Below the pieces are notes generated by a model. That model was given only the letters and a program-made list of their open reading frames with translations, did not search any database and was not told where the DNA came from. Shown here in pieces: positions 1-9,705 of a stretch of 64,000 bases of DNA; the stretch's first letter is position 1; every line of letters begins with the position of its first letter. Both the position numbers and the translations under genes were made by a program. Source of the stretch: a virus. Location: positions 9,585 to 73,584 of IMG/VR virus record IMGVR_UViG_3300021962_000077; one strand, written 5' to 3'.

Positions 1-240
1 CAGCATAGTACTAAAGAGCATAATGATCGATTAATGGAAGAATTGCAAGAATACAAAAAGCGCGATATGATCAATCTCTTACGCTGGTTAAAATACTTTG
101 TAGATACCCTGAGAGCTAAGAACATTATCTGGGGAGTAGGACGGGGTAGTAGCGTAGCCAGTTATGTTCTCTTTATTTTAGGTGTACATAAAATCGATAG
201 TATTAAGTATAATTTAGATTGGCGAGAATTTTTGAGATAA
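1..240 (+). CDS. DNA polymerase III alpha (DnaE)-like fragment, 5' partial
   Basis: GVGRGSSVASYVLFILGVHKIDSIKYNLDWREFLR resembles the DnaE GRGS...L.FERFL motif. The frame is open to the left edge and stops just after the motif. Confidence 0.75.
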   Translation, partial: QHSTKEHNDRLMEELQEYKKRDMINLLRWLKYFVDTLRAKNIIWGVGRGSSVASYVLFILGVHKIDSIKYNLDWREFLR

Positions 241-269
241 GTAATAATATAATCCCTAAGGAGAAAATT

Positions 270-518
270 ATGGCAATGAAAGAACAACAAAGATCAGTAT
301 ATAAAACCATGCAAGGTAAAGAAGTTGACATGCATAAATTGGCTATGCAGCACGAGATGACTGTGGCCGTGGGAAATGTTAGAGTCAACGCTCGTGGCGA
401 CGAACTAGGGCCCGGTGGTCAAATTATTCGTAAAAGAGAAGATGTTCTAGAGGAATATTATCAAGGACATCCGGATGCAGCTCCGGACGAAGTTGTAATT
501 AGAAAAAGACAAAAATAA
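270..518 (+). CDS. hypothetical phage protein
   Basis: ORF with AAGGAG SD before ATG 270. Confidence 0.6.
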   Translation: MAMKEQQRSVYKTMQGKEVDMHKLAMQHEMTVAVGNVRVNARGDELGPGGQIIRKREDVLEEYYQGHPDAAPDEVVIRKRQK

Positions 519-526
519 GGACAAAA

Positions 527-925
527 ATGAACGTTGTAAAAGGTAAAATTATTCCGCTCAATGATAGTGTTATTATCAGTGACATGCATTTTGATGAAAT
601 AAAAACTACTTCTGGAATTATTATCAGAAGTGACGACGGTAAAAGCGAAGGAATTAAACCTCGCTGGGGGAAAGTTTGGGCCATTGGTCCAAACCAAGTA
701 GATGTAAAAGTCGGAGAATGGATCCTAGTAGAACATGGACGATGGACTAGAGGGGTTACAGTTGAGGACGAAGAAGGAAATCAAACTGTCATTCGTCGAG
801 TAGATGTTAAAAACATTCTAGCAACCGCCGACGAACGTCCAAATGATATTCAGTTTGGATCTCATAGTAGTACAGAACAAGGTCAAGTATTTAGGCCGGA
901 AATGTTTGCGGGCGCACAGTTTTAA
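527..925 (+). CDS. groES: co-chaperonin GroES/Cpn10 family
   Basis: IIPLNDSVII, KTTSGIII mobile loop, GKVWAIGP, VKVGEWILV. Confidence 0.85.
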   Translation: MNVVKGKIIPLNDSVIISDMHFDEIKTTSGIIIRSDDGKSEGIKPRWGKVWAIGPNQVDVKVGEWILVEHGRWTRGVTVEDEEGNQTVIRRVDVKNILATADERPNDIQFGSHSSTEQGQVFRPEMFAGAQF

Positions 926-940
926 ATCAATTTGATTATC

Positions 941-968
941 AGGGCTCTTGACGAGCCCTATTTTTTTC
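941..968 (+). terminator. intrinsic terminator overlapping a sigma70-type promoter
   Basis: AGGGCTC-ttgac-GAGCCCT then a T-run; TTGACG(948)-17nt-TATACT(971). Confidence 0.7.
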
Positions 969-982
969 TGTATACTATGCAT

Positions 983-1231
983 ATGAAATGCAATACCTGT
1001 AATAAAGAATACACACCAGATTGTAACTACAATCAAGGACGCTGTCCGCATCATCCACCGTTAATAAGCATACAACCTAAAGACACCAGTCGGGGACATT
1101 TTTACGTTAGCCTTATCAAAAGCGGATTACGAATTGTAGCAGGCATTTTTCTAATTGATGGAAACTTGCTTGTTGCAGGATCATTGTTAATCCTAGCAGA
1201 AGGGTTGGGCATTATTGAGGAACTAGTTTGA
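983..1231 (+). CDS. small membrane protein with N-terminal CxxC
   Basis: CNTC...C...CPHH and a hydrophobic C-terminus; start could be 977 or 983. Confidence 0.5.
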   Translation: MKCNTCNKEYTPDCNYNQGRCPHHPPLISIQPKDTSRGHFYVSLIKSGLRIVAGIFLIDGNLLVAGSLLILAEGLGIIEELV

Positions 1232-1665
1232 AAATAGGTTTTACTTGTTCCACTTTCGACTTGTTTCACGCAGGTCATATCATAATGCTTAAAGAAGCAA
1301 AGAGCCAATGTGATTATTTAATTGTAGGATTGCAAACCGATCCCACCATAGATCGTCCAAAAGAAAAAAATAGACCTGTTCAAAGTATTTTTGAAAGATT
1401 TGTACAGCTACAGGCCTGTAAATATGTAGATGAAATTGTAGTATATGCCACAGAGAAAGACTTAATTGATATACTACTTTCTTATCCCATAAATGTTAGA
1501 ATTTTAGGTAATGAATACGAACACAAAACATTTACCGGTCGACAAGAGTGTATCGACAGAGGTATAAAATTTTATTATAATAAAAGAGAACATACTTTCT
1601 CAACAACAGAACTAAGGCAACGAGTTGTAGATGCAGAAGCTGAAAAGTTAATAAGGCCAATATGA
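1228..1665 (+). CDS. glycerol-3-phosphate cytidylyltransferase-like (TagD family)
   Basis: TFDLFHAGH (HxGH), LIVGLQTD, R...STTELR. Confidence 0.85.
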   Translation: MKIGFTCSTFDLFHAGHIIMLKEAKSQCDYLIVGLQTDPTIDRPKEKNRPVQSIFERFVQLQACKYVDEIVVYATEKDLIDILLSYPINVRILGNEYEHKTFTGRQECIDRGIKFYYNKREHTFSTTELRQRVVDAEAEKLIRPI

Positions 1666-2408
1666 CAGTATTGATAGAGAAAATTAGAAAAGGCCAGTTT
1701 TTAACTGTAGATACTTCTAGCATAAACAAAAATTTTGCAGTATCTGACACTGAAGAATTATTCAATCATAATTTAAAAATTATGCCGCAAGATTGGTTTT
1801 ACAGAACCAATCCAGTAAATTACACAGTGAATAGTCAAGGCTACAGAACTGAAGAATTTGAAAAAATTGATTGGGCACAGTCTGTGGTAATCTTTGGCTG
1901 TTCAACAGTTTTTGGTACAGGTGTCAGTGACGATCATACCATTGATTATTTTTTATCTAAAATATTAGGTATTCCGGTTATAAATCTTGGTGTGGCATCA
2001 ACATCAATTGCCTATTCATTACATAATTCTTTAATATTAAGTGAATATTATCCTACCCCAAAAGCAGTTGTAAATCTTTGGACAGAGTACAGTAGAACTG
2101 CATATTATTTAGATAATAGAGTAGATAATAAAGGTGTGTGGACCGAAGACCATTTTACACAAGAATGGCTACACTATGACAGTAACTCTGCCACTCACGC
2201 TATATTTGCTCAGATGACTAGTCATCTTCTTTGGAAAAACAAATCCGCCTACTATGAGGCTAGTTTTTTCCCTGGTACAGCAATACTATTTCATTGTGAT
2301 CATTTACCAGTATTTGATCAAGCAAGAGACTTAATACACTATGGAAGAAAGACCAATAAAATGATAGCCGAAAAAATAGCATATAATTTAAAAAAGGAGT
2401 TAAACTAA
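1662..2408 (+). CDS. SGNH/GDSL-like protein
   Basis: FGCSTVFG, INLGV, RDLIHYG (DxxH). Confidence 0.55.
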   Translation: MTVLIEKIRKGQFLTVDTSSINKNFAVSDTEELFNHNLKIMPQDWFYRTNPVNYTVNSQGYRTEEFEKIDWAQSVVIFGCSTVFGTGVSDDHTIDYFLSKILGIPVINLGVASTSIAYSLHNSLILSEYYPTPKAVVNLWTEYSRTAYYLDNRVDNKGVWTEDHFTQEWLHYDSNSATHAIFAQMTSHLLWKNKSAYYEASFFPGTAILFHCDHLPVFDQARDLIHYGRKTNKMIAEKIAYNLKKELN

Positions 2409-2681
2409 ATGACCGTAGAAAATGCAGCAATGTTCTTAGCCAACAGTATCTTAATCGGAGCAGGATTTTGTATTGTTTTTATTGTAACCATTGTAATCAA
2501 TAATCTGCTACACAAATATTGGAAGCCAGTGAGAATTTTTAGTAAGGATTCTTGGCATTTTAATCCTCCGCATCGTTTTGTTACTGAACAAGAACTTAAG
2601 GAAATGGGCAAGGAACTAGATCCAGAATGGGGGCAAATCCGTCCAGTTGATCCAGCAGAGAAAACAAACAATCAAAAATGA
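2409..2681 (+). CDS. small membrane protein
   Basis: N-terminal hydrophobic helix; abuts the previous gene. Confidence 0.5.
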   Translation: MTVENAAMFLANSILIGAGFCIVFIVTIVINNLLHKYWKPVRIFSKDSWHFNPPHRFVTEQELKEMGKELDPEWGQIRPVDPAEKTNNQK

Positions 2682-2761
2682 ATTATGATATACTAAAAAA
2701 ATATAGATTTCAGGACATAGTTGACTACTATAAAAATATTATTTTAAATAAAGGATTATAA

Positions 2762-3676
2762 ATGAAAACCTTATGGACTGAAAAGTATAGGCCTAAAACT
2801 ATTAACGGCTATGTTTTTAGAGACGATGCTCAAAAATCGCAAGTTAATCATTGGATTGAACAAAAGACTATCCCACATTTACTATTCAGCGGAAATGCAG
2901 GTATTGGTAAAACTACCCTAGCAAAGATCTTGCTCAACGAACTAAACATAAATGATCTTGACATTTTAGAAATTAACGCTAGTCGTACAAACTCAGTAGA
3001 AGATGTTAGAGATAAAATTGTAAACTTTGTCCAAATGATTCCATTTGGAGATTTTAAGGTAGTACTATTAGATGAAGCAGATTACTTGTCTCCCAACGCA
3101 CAAGCGGCTCTTCGCGGTGTTATGGAAGAATATCACACAACCGCACGATTTATTCTTACTTGCAATTATCCTAACAGAATCATTCCTGCTTTACATAGTC
3201 GATGCCAAGGATTTCACATTGAGCGTGTCGATATTACTGAGTTTACCGCTCGTGTTGCTACTATTCTTGTTGAAGAAAACATTGAGTTTGACCTCGATAC
3301 CCTAGACACATTTGTCAAGGCAACTTATCCAGACTTACGCAAGTGTATCAATACTGTACAAATGAATAGTATGAGTGGTACATTACATACTCCAGAAAAA
3401 GGAGATACTGGAGATGCAGACTATAAGATTGAAATGGTTGAACTGTTTAAGAAAGGTAAGATTTCAGAAGCACGTAAACTAGTATGTGCTCAGGCTAGAC
3501 CAGAAGAAATTGAAGATATCTATAGATGGCTCTATGATAATGTAGCTATTTTTGGAGAAGAGTCTAAACAAGAAGCTGCCATATTGTGGATTAAACAAGG
3601 CATGGTAGATCATACGCTAGTAATCGATCCAGAAATTAATCTAGCAGCAACATTAATTAGGCTAGCACATATTTAA
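2762..3676 (+). CDS. clamp loader subunit (RFC small / T4 gp44-like AAA+)
   Basis: WTEKYRP, Walker A GNAGIGKT, LLDEAD, SRC motif. Confidence 0.92.
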   Translation: MKTLWTEKYRPKTINGYVFRDDAQKSQVNHWIEQKTIPHLLFSGNAGIGKTTLAKILLNELNINDLDILEINASRTNSVEDVRDKIVNFVQMIPFGDFKVVLLDEADYLSPNAQAALRGVMEEYHTTARFILTCNYPNRIIPALHSRCQGFHIERVDITEFTARVATILVEENIEFDLDTLDTFVKATYPDLRKCINTVQMNSMSGTLHTPEKGDTGDADYKIEMVELFKKGKISEARKLVCAQARPEEIEDIYRWLYDNVAIFGEESKQEAAILWIKQGMVDHTLVIDPEINLAATLIRLAHI

Positions 3677-3688
3677 AGGATACAATAT

Positions 3689-3928
3689 ATGGGATTCCGT
3701 ACTCCGATAGACTATAACAGTGTACATCATCAAATTTATCTTACAGGTGTAGAAATAAACAGTCCGTACAATGATGGATTTACATCTTGGCACTTAAAAC
3801 AAGATCTTTATAAAATTAAATGGTTAGTCGATGAAATCATTAGAACTAGTCCTACATTTGCAGGTGAAGATGAATTTGTAAATGAAAATAGTAAAAAGAT
3901 CATGTGGAAAAGACTAAATGAAAAATAA
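3689..3928 (+). CDS. hypothetical protein
   Basis: ORF with SD, overlapping the next gene. Confidence 0.5.
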   Translation: MGFRTPIDYNSVHHQIYLTGVEINSPYNDGFTSWHLKQDLYKIKWLVDEIIRTSPTFAGEDEFVNENSKKIMWKRLNEK

Positions 3929-4445
3929 ATTAAAATTTGCTTACATGAAAACTGCAGAAACATTTGCAGCACTTAGTCATGCTCGCAGATTACATGTAGG
4001 CGCTATTATTGTTAAAGATGATAGAATTATCTCTATAGGTTACAACGGTATGCCTAGCGGATGGGATAACGATTGCGAGAACGTAGACTTTATGAGTAGA
4101 GATGCCGGACAATGGTTAAATCCAGAAGAGGTTTATCAACGGTGGCCTTTTCAAGAAGAAGATATTGATCCTGATTTAGGTCATGCTAGAAGATACAGAC
4201 TTGTTACAAAACCAGAGGTGTTACATGCTGAAACAAATGCGATTGCAAAACTTGCTAAATCTAACGAATCTGGTATGGGTGCTACTATGTTTGTTACCCA
4301 TGCTCCATGTTTGGACTGTGCCAAACTTATCTACCAAAGTGGTATTGGCAGTGTTTTATATAGGGACACTTATAGGGATACTAGTGGTATCACGTTTCTG
4401 GAACGATCGGGTGTAAAAGTTGAACAAGTAGAAAAGGGCTCCTGA
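3918..4445 (+). CDS. dCMP deaminase
   Basis: VGAIIV, GYNG, HAETNAI, APCLDC. Confidence 0.9.
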   Translation: MKNKLKFAYMKTAETFAALSHARRLHVGAIIVKDDRIISIGYNGMPSGWDNDCENVDFMSRDAGQWLNPEEVYQRWPFQEEDIDPDLGHARRYRLVTKPEVLHAETNAIAKLAKSNESGMGATMFVTHAPCLDCAKLIYQSGIGSVLYRDTYRDTSGITFLERSGVKVEQVEKGS

Positions 4446-4457
4446 GAGCCCTTTTCT
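4430..4457. terminator. bidirectional terminator between convergent genes
   Basis: GAAAAGGGCTC-ctga-GAGCCCTTTTC. Confidence 0.75.
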
Positions 4458-4469
4458 CATAACATTATT

Positions 4470-5183
4470 TTAATCTCCATAAACCGTTAACACCTCCTTT
4501 ACGGCATTATGGCGTTCAATGTCCTTATGATCAAACTGTACTATGTCTAAATAGGTCAGTGATTTATTTTCTATTAGGTCGCAGAAGTTGATTAAACCAT
4601 TATCGTTTAATCTGTCGGCTTGTGCTAGGTCTCCTGTAACTACCATCTTAGATCCCTCCCCTAATCTAGTCAGTAGCATTTTCATTTGATTGACTGTAGC
4701 ATTTTGCATTTCGTCTGCGACAATGTATGCGTTTTTAAATGTACGTCCACGCATATAGGCCAGCGGACTTATTTCTATTACTCCTTCCTCTAACATTTTT
4801 GCAATGTCTCTAGTTTGGTAATACTCACCTAGAACATCAAAAATAGGTCTTGTCCAAGGTGCCATTTTTTCATTTAGCGTTCCTGGTAAGAATCCTAGAT
4901 CTTCATCTACACTAACGGCGGGTCTGGTAACAATGATTTTGTCTACTTGCCCCTCTTGAAATAGTTTAATTCCAACTTGTACAGCCAGCATGGTTTTGCC
5001 CGTGCCTGCTGGCCCGATAGCAAATACTATGCTCTTCTGTTCGTCTTGGAGTTTTAGCAGATACTCTTGCTGGTTTCTATTTCGAGGTGTAAGTATCACC
5101 CTATGCTTCTTTTGAGGCATATAAGTGTTAAAATCAATCACGTTTACTTCACTTGTAAATCGTTTTTTCACTCTTTTTGTCAT
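4470..5183 (-). CDS. phoH: PhoH-family ATPase
   Basis: GPAGTGKT, TRPAV, LGFLPG, YMRGRT, DEMQN, LTRLG, TGDLAQ. Confidence 0.95.
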   Translation of the reverse strand: MTKRVKKRFTSEVNVIDFNTYMPQKKHRVILTPRNRNQQEYLLKLQDEQKSIVFAIGPAGTGKTMLAVQVGIKLFQEGQVDKIIVTRPAVSVDEDLGFLPGTLNEKMAPWTRPIFDVLGEYYQTRDIAKMLEEGVIEISPLAYMRGRTFKNAYIVADEMQNATVNQMKMLLTRLGEGSKMVVTGDLAQADRLNDNGLINFCDLIENKSLTYLDIVQFDHKDIERHNAVKEVLTVYGD

Positions 5184-5267
5184 TGTTAAATGTCTCCTAC
5201 ATTTGGGGAATGCAGGACGACTGTAGCGACCGCCCTGATTACTACAGTGGTCCTACAAATTTATTTA
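5184..5267 (-). promoter_or_regulatory. late-type promoter and structured 5' leader of phoH
   Basis: TAAATA followed by a long hairpin and an alternative SD-sequestering stem. Confidence 0.5.
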
Positions 5268-5343
5268 ACAAAACGGGCTAAAAGTAAACTGATAGCATAT
5301 AAAATTGATTGGGCTAAATACATGATGAAACTGCGAGATAGAA

Positions 5344-5919
5344 ATGCATGACATTTTAGACGTTATTAAAAACATACAAACCATTTACGAAAGCAATAGT
5401 ACCCTAGCTATTCTTAAAGATTTCGAACGTGTGCTCGACGAGAGCAACTTATACGTTTATGAAAACTGGTTAGACGGGGAAGTTGCTTACGGTCCTAAAG
5501 TTGATCGTCATTGGGTAACAGCCGGGTTTATGTGGCCTAGAGATAAAATGCCAGACCCTATGGCTGCTAAAAGACTTACTGAGTTAGGCTGCAAAGTCAA
5601 ATATCAAAAAACTCACCTTATCGAAGTTAGAAAAATTAAAAAGCCTAGCGACATTCGTCCAGGTACTAAAAAAGGGCATTTAGATCATAAGCCTATCTGG
5701 GTGGTAGAAATTACTATGCCAAAGAAATTAGCCTTTGATGTATATAAAGGTTATATGGATAAAATGCGCGAAGAAAAATATGGTAACAACCCTAAGGCTA
5801 AAGGTAGTGTTCCACAGGCTGATGTAAATGCTGCAATGCCTCCAAATCCTGCGATGCCTCCGGCAGGTGCAGTTCCACAAACACCGATGCCAGCAGCTGG
5901 TGCAGCACCTGCAGTATAA
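5344..5919 (+). CDS. hypothetical phage protein with Pro/Ala-rich tail
   Basis: 191 aa ORF downstream of TAAATA near 5315. Confidence 0.6.
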   Translation: MHDILDVIKNIQTIYESNSTLAILKDFERVLDESNLYVYENWLDGEVAYGPKVDRHWVTAGFMWPRDKMPDPMAAKRLTELGCKVKYQKTHLIEVRKIKKPSDIRPGTKKGHLDHKPIWVVEITMPKKLAFDVYKGYMDKMREEKYGNNPKAKGSVPQADVNAAMPPNPAMPPAGAVPQTPMPAAGAAPAV

Positions 5920-5928
5920 GGATCATAT

Positions 5929-6651
5929 ATGTCACTTAGAGCAAAAGATCTAATAGACCTAGTTAAACCGGTATTCGAAGTAGATTCGTATTCGTCAAAA
6001 ATGGGCAACGACAAAGATGTTGTTGTAATTAGTTTTACTGTAGATCAAAAAGAACCAGCAGATGACCTAGTAGCATTTTGTGAAATGGGTTATAGTTTTG
6101 TACTTGATGCAGATGTAACACCTGGTGAATTAGACGACGGTACTTATAGAGTATTTGTAGAAATACAAAGAAATAAACGTATCGGTGAACAGATTAATGA
6201 ATTATTAGATGGTGTTAAAAAATTAACAGGTCACGATGATCTACGTTTTCGGTACTATAAAAGTTTTAAAAGTTTACCAGCTGATCAAAATACTTTAGAA
6301 GAAACTGTGCCTAGTGATGCAAACTCCTACGAGATGTCTATACAAGAAAATTCAATGAATAACTTCACTAACTTTTTTGGTAGAAGTAATGTAGATACTA
6401 TTTCAGCATTGAATGAAAATTCTATCAAGTTCAAAAAAATCTATGCAGAGCCATTGACCATGCGTGTCATAGACTTTGGACCCCGTGCAGAAGTCTATTC
6501 TCGTATAGAAGGACCTATTGGTATTAGTAGTACAGATATAAGCGAGTGTTTATATCTAACAAAATATCTCGGTAATTATAATATAACAAAAATTGGCAAT
6601 GCATTTGTTTTTGAGAATCAAGGATATGCCGTTGCCTTAGAAAGGATATAA
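5929..6651 (+). CDS. hypothetical phage protein
   Basis: 240 aa ORF with AAGGA SD. Confidence 0.6.
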   Translation: MSLRAKDLIDLVKPVFEVDSYSSKMGNDKDVVVISFTVDQKEPADDLVAFCEMGYSFVLDADVTPGELDDGTYRVFVEIQRNKRIGEQINELLDGVKKLTGHDDLRFRYYKSFKSLPADQNTLEETVPSDANSYEMSIQENSMNNFTNFFGRSNVDTISALNENSIKFKKIYAEPLTMRVIDFGPRAEVYSRIEGPIGISSTDISECLYLTKYLGNYNITKIGNAFVFENQGYAVALERI

Positions 6652-6652
6652 T

Positions 6653-7282
6653 ATGTCAGGATTTACATTTGATTTTACAGAAGATAAACTTGCAGCAATT
6701 ATTGGTAAAAATCCATACTTAGAACATTGGTACGAGGCATTAGTACAAATTCTTCCAGACTATGATATTAATACCCCGGAAAGAGTCGCAGCTTTTGTTG
6801 CACAGTGTGCTCATGAAAGTGGCGGATTTAGAGCTATCAAAGAAAATCTTAACTATAAAGCAGAAACATTAAGAAAATTATTTTCTAAATATTTTCCAAC
6901 AGATGAACTAGCAAGGCAGTATGAAAAACAGCCTGAACGTATTGCTAACCGTATATATGGTGGGCGTATGGGCAATGGTCCAGAAGAAAGTGGAGATGGA
7001 TTCCGTTATTGTGGTAGGGGTCTAATTCAATTAACTGGTAAAGACAACTATAATCGCTATGCTGAAAGTCTACAGATTAGTGTAGAAGAAGCCAGTGAAC
7101 ATCTAACAACATTTGAAGGCTGTGTACAATCAGCTGCTTGGTTTTGGGAAGCTAACAATTTAAATGCTGAAGCAGATGCTGGCGATATTAAAAAGATGAC
7201 TAAAAAAATCAATGGCGGATACATTGGTTTAGAAGATCGTATCAAACACTACGATCACGCACTACACGTATTCGGAGCATAA
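6653..7282 (+). CDS. glycoside hydrolase family 19 endolysin
   Basis: AQCAHESGGF, ENLNY, YCGRGLIQLTG, SAAWFW, INGG. Confidence 0.9.
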   Translation: MSGFTFDFTEDKLAAIIGKNPYLEHWYEALVQILPDYDINTPERVAAFVAQCAHESGGFRAIKENLNYKAETLRKLFSKYFPTDELARQYEKQPERIANRIYGGRMGNGPEESGDGFRYCGRGLIQLTGKDNYNRYAESLQISVEEASEHLTTFEGCVQSAAWFWEANNLNAEADAGDIKKMTKKINGGYIGLEDRIKHYDHALHVFGA

Positions 7283-7283
7283 A

Positions 7284-7754
7284 GTGAGCACAATCGTTTG
7301 GATCCTAGGTTTTCTACCTGATACATTGTTTGTAATGATTGCTTACCTCTGTTGGGGTGCAGGACTTGCACTGTATGTGGCCAGTAAGTTAGTTAAATGG
7401 ATTCCAATGATGAGTACCTATAAACTTCCATCTGAAATTATAGGTGTTCTTGCACTTATGTTTGGCAGTTACTTATTTGGTAGTCACGCAACTAATCTTC
7501 TATGGGAAGAGCGTGTAAAAGAAATGGAAGCCAAAGTAGCTGCTGCTGAAGCGCAAAGTAAGGAAGTCAATACAAAAATTGTCACTAAAGTAATAACAAA
7601 AACACAAATTGTTAAAACTAGAGGTGAAGATATAGTAAAGTATGTTGATCGCGAAGTTATCAAATATGATGAAAAATTTGCCAAGGGCGGTCAATGCGAA
7701 ATACCTAAAGAATTTATTAAAGCACACAATGATGCTGCCGAGGCGCCAAAATGA
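7284..7754 (+). CDS. inner-membrane spanin (Rz-like)
   Basis: N-terminal TM segments, coiled coil, C-terminal C..P..F motif; lies next to the endolysin. Confidence 0.65.
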   Translation: MSTIVWILGFLPDTLFVMIAYLCWGAGLALYVASKLVKWIPMMSTYKLPSEIIGVLALMFGSYLFGSHATNLLWEERVKEMEAKVAAAEAQSKEVNTKIVTKVITKTQIVKTRGEDIVKYVDREVIKYDEKFAKGGQCEIPKEFIKAHNDAAEAPK

Positions 7755-8014
7755 AAATAGTTAGTATCTTATTGTTATCATTGTTAGTAGGTTGTTCAAC
7801 AACAGTACCAGTTACAGCTAAATTTCCTGAAGTTCCAGAAAGGTTATTAGAAAAATGCCCTCAATTAAAAAAATTAGAAGAAGAAGCAAAGTTAAGCGAC
7901 ATATCAAAAACAGTAACCGTTAACTATACAACATATTATGAATGTGCTGTTAAAAATGACGCATGGATAGAATGGTATCAAATACAAAAACAAATTTTTG
8001 AAAGTGTAAAATAA
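7751..8014 (+). CDS. outer-membrane spanin lipoprotein (Rz1-like)
   Basis: Lipobox LLVGC, Pro-rich N-terminus, further Cys residues. Confidence 0.7.
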   Translation: MKIVSILLLSLLVGCSTTVPVTAKFPEVPERLLEKCPQLKKLEEEAKLSDISKTVTVNYTTYYECAVKNDAWIEWYQIQKQIFESVK

Positions 8015-8024
8015 AGGAGTAGAT

Positions 8025-8522
8025 ATGCCTGATCAAGTGCAAGAACCAGAAAAGAAAAAAGACGAAGATTGGATGCAGAAGAAATGGCGTCCTGCTATGG
8101 GTTGGCTATACATGTTAGTATGCTTTTGTGACATGATTGTGTTTCCCGTCCTTTGGAGTATATTACAAGCCATACAAAAAGTACCTATTACACAATGGAA
8201 CCCATTGTCGTTACAAGGTGCAGGGTTATTCCATGTGGCCATGGGTGCTGTACTAGGTATTGCAGCATTTGGTCGTACACAAGAAAAAATTGCTGGTGCT
8301 GCTGCTAATCCATCGCCTACATCATTTACTCCACCACCAGCTGCGCCTGCTGCTAGCGGATTTGGTATGCCAACACAAACTTATAACCCGCCAGCGCAAA
8401 CATTTAGTCCACCTCCATCGCCCCCTAGTAGCTTCGGCGGTGGGTTTGGAAGTCCGGCACCAATATCAACTACTGCAAGCGGGAAGAAAATTATCCCAAC
8501 AGATCCAGATCCAGTTCTATAA
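8025..8522 (+). CDS. holin (GTA 3TM-holin-like)
   Basis: WRPAMGW...MGAVLGIAAFGRTQEK, TM segments, Pro-rich tail, lysis context. Confidence 0.7.
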   Translation: MPDQVQEPEKKKDEDWMQKKWRPAMGWLYMLVCFCDMIVFPVLWSILQAIQKVPITQWNPLSLQGAGLFHVAMGAVLGIAAFGRTQEKIAGAAANPSPTSFTPPPAAPAASGFGMPTQTYNPPAQTFSPPPSPPSSFGGGFGSPAPISTTASGKKIIPTDPDPVL

Positions 8523-8532
8523 AGGAAATATT

Positions 8533-8745
8533 ATGAAAAAATTATTAGCACTATTAGCACTAACACTAGCTTCAACTGCTTTTGCAGGTGGTGAAATTAA
8601 GGAAATTTGTAAAGATAAAGTTGACAAGGCCGGCAAACCAGTCTTAGACAAAAAGACCAAAAAGCCTGTTCAAGACTGTAAAAAAATCAAAGTTCATAAA
8701 AAGGTAGAAGGCGATAAGGTTCCAGAACCAGCCAAAAAGAAATAA
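8533..8745 (+). CDS. small secreted Lys-rich protein
   Basis: Signal peptide MKKLLALLALTLASTAFA, two Cys, AAGGA SD. The track's start at 8260 is too far upstream. Confidence 0.6.
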   Translation: MKKLLALLALTLASTAFAGGEIKEICKDKVDKAGKPVLDKKTKKPVQDCKKIKVHKKVEGDKVPEPAKKK

Positions 8746-8757
8746 TCTACCAAACTT

Positions 8758-8808
8758 TTGACAAAGCAAGGCCATGGCAGTATAATTACTGTTGTACCTT
8801 GCTTTTTT
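8758..8808 (+). promoter_or_regulatory. sigma70-type promoter embedded in a terminator-like inverted repeat
   Basis: TTGACA(8758)-17nt-TATAAT(8781); AAGCAAGG...CCTTGCTT followed by a T-run. Confidence 0.7.
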
Positions 8809-8824
8809 AATTGTGAGATAAAAT

Positions 8825-9658
8825 ATGGATTACTATGAAACACTAGGCGTAAGAAAAAACGCCACCCAAGAAGAAATTAAAAAGGCCTACAGAAGCCTAG
8901 CAAATAAACACCATCCTGATAAAGGGGGAGATCAAGCTAAATTTAAAGACATTAGTGTGGCCTATGATACACTCAGTGACCCGCAAAAACGTCAAGAATA
9001 TGATATGGGTGGAAGTCAAAACATTCATATCAATAGCGGCAATTTTCACGATGTATTTAATAATGCTTTTCAATTCCATTTTGGAGGAGGGCATCCATTT
9101 GGAGATATATTTGGACGTAGGCAGCATCGAAATCGAGACTTAAACATACAATGTCAAGTTACACTACTTGACTCGTTTTCTGGTAAACAGTTTGAAGCTA
9201 GTTACACATTACCTAGTGGAAAAAATCAAACAGTAGTAATTAATGTGCCGCCCGGAGTAGACAATGGAGGTACTATAAGATACCAAGGGCTAGGGGACGA
9301 TAGTATTCCTGGTATCCCTCGTGGAGATCTAAATGTCACTGTGATAATTATTCCAGATTCTAAATACGTGCGGCATAATGATGATCTGTATACTAATTTA
9401 GAAATAAATCCAATCGAAGCTATGATTGGCACTAGAAAGACTGTAAAAAATATAGACGGACAAGTGCTGAATATCGATGTACGTGCAGGAGTAAGTGATG
9501 GTACAGAATATGCAAGGGCAGGTATGGGATTTCCAAATATGCGAGGAGGAGCACGGGGAAGATTTGTTATAGTTGTAAAAATTAAAGCTCCGGCTGTGAC
9601 CAATCCAGACTTAATAAAAAAATTGCAAAAAATTAACGAAGAAATCAACGGCTCTTGA
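8825..9658 (+). CDS. dnaJ: DnaJ/CbpA-type co-chaperone
   Basis: J-domain DYYETLGV...HPDK, G/F region, DnaJ C-terminal domain, no zinc finger. Confidence 0.9.
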   Translation: MDYYETLGVRKNATQEEIKKAYRSLANKHHPDKGGDQAKFKDISVAYDTLSDPQKRQEYDMGGSQNIHINSGNFHDVFNNAFQFHFGGGHPFGDIFGRRQHRNRDLNIQCQVTLLDSFSGKQFEASYTLPSGKNQTVVINVPPGVDNGGTIRYQGLGDDSIPGIPRGDLNVTVIIIPDSKYVRHNDDLYTNLEINPIEAMIGTRKTVKNIDGQVLNIDVRAGVSDGTEYARAGMGFPNMRGGARGRFVIVVKIKAPAVTNPDLIKKLQKINEEINGS

Positions 9659-9682
9659 CATAAATCAAAAAGAGTGTATAAT
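9655..9682 (+). promoter_or_regulatory. sigma70-type promoter
   Basis: TTGACA-16nt-TATAAT upstream of clpA. Confidence 0.55.
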
Positions 9683-9705
9683 AACTGTAGTAAAAAGGAA
9701 TTCAA

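Noticed and set aside
8260-8532. 5' extension of the 161 aa ORF overlapping the holin
   Set aside because: Alternative-frame read of the holin's Pro-rich tail; the true start with SD and signal peptide is at 8533.
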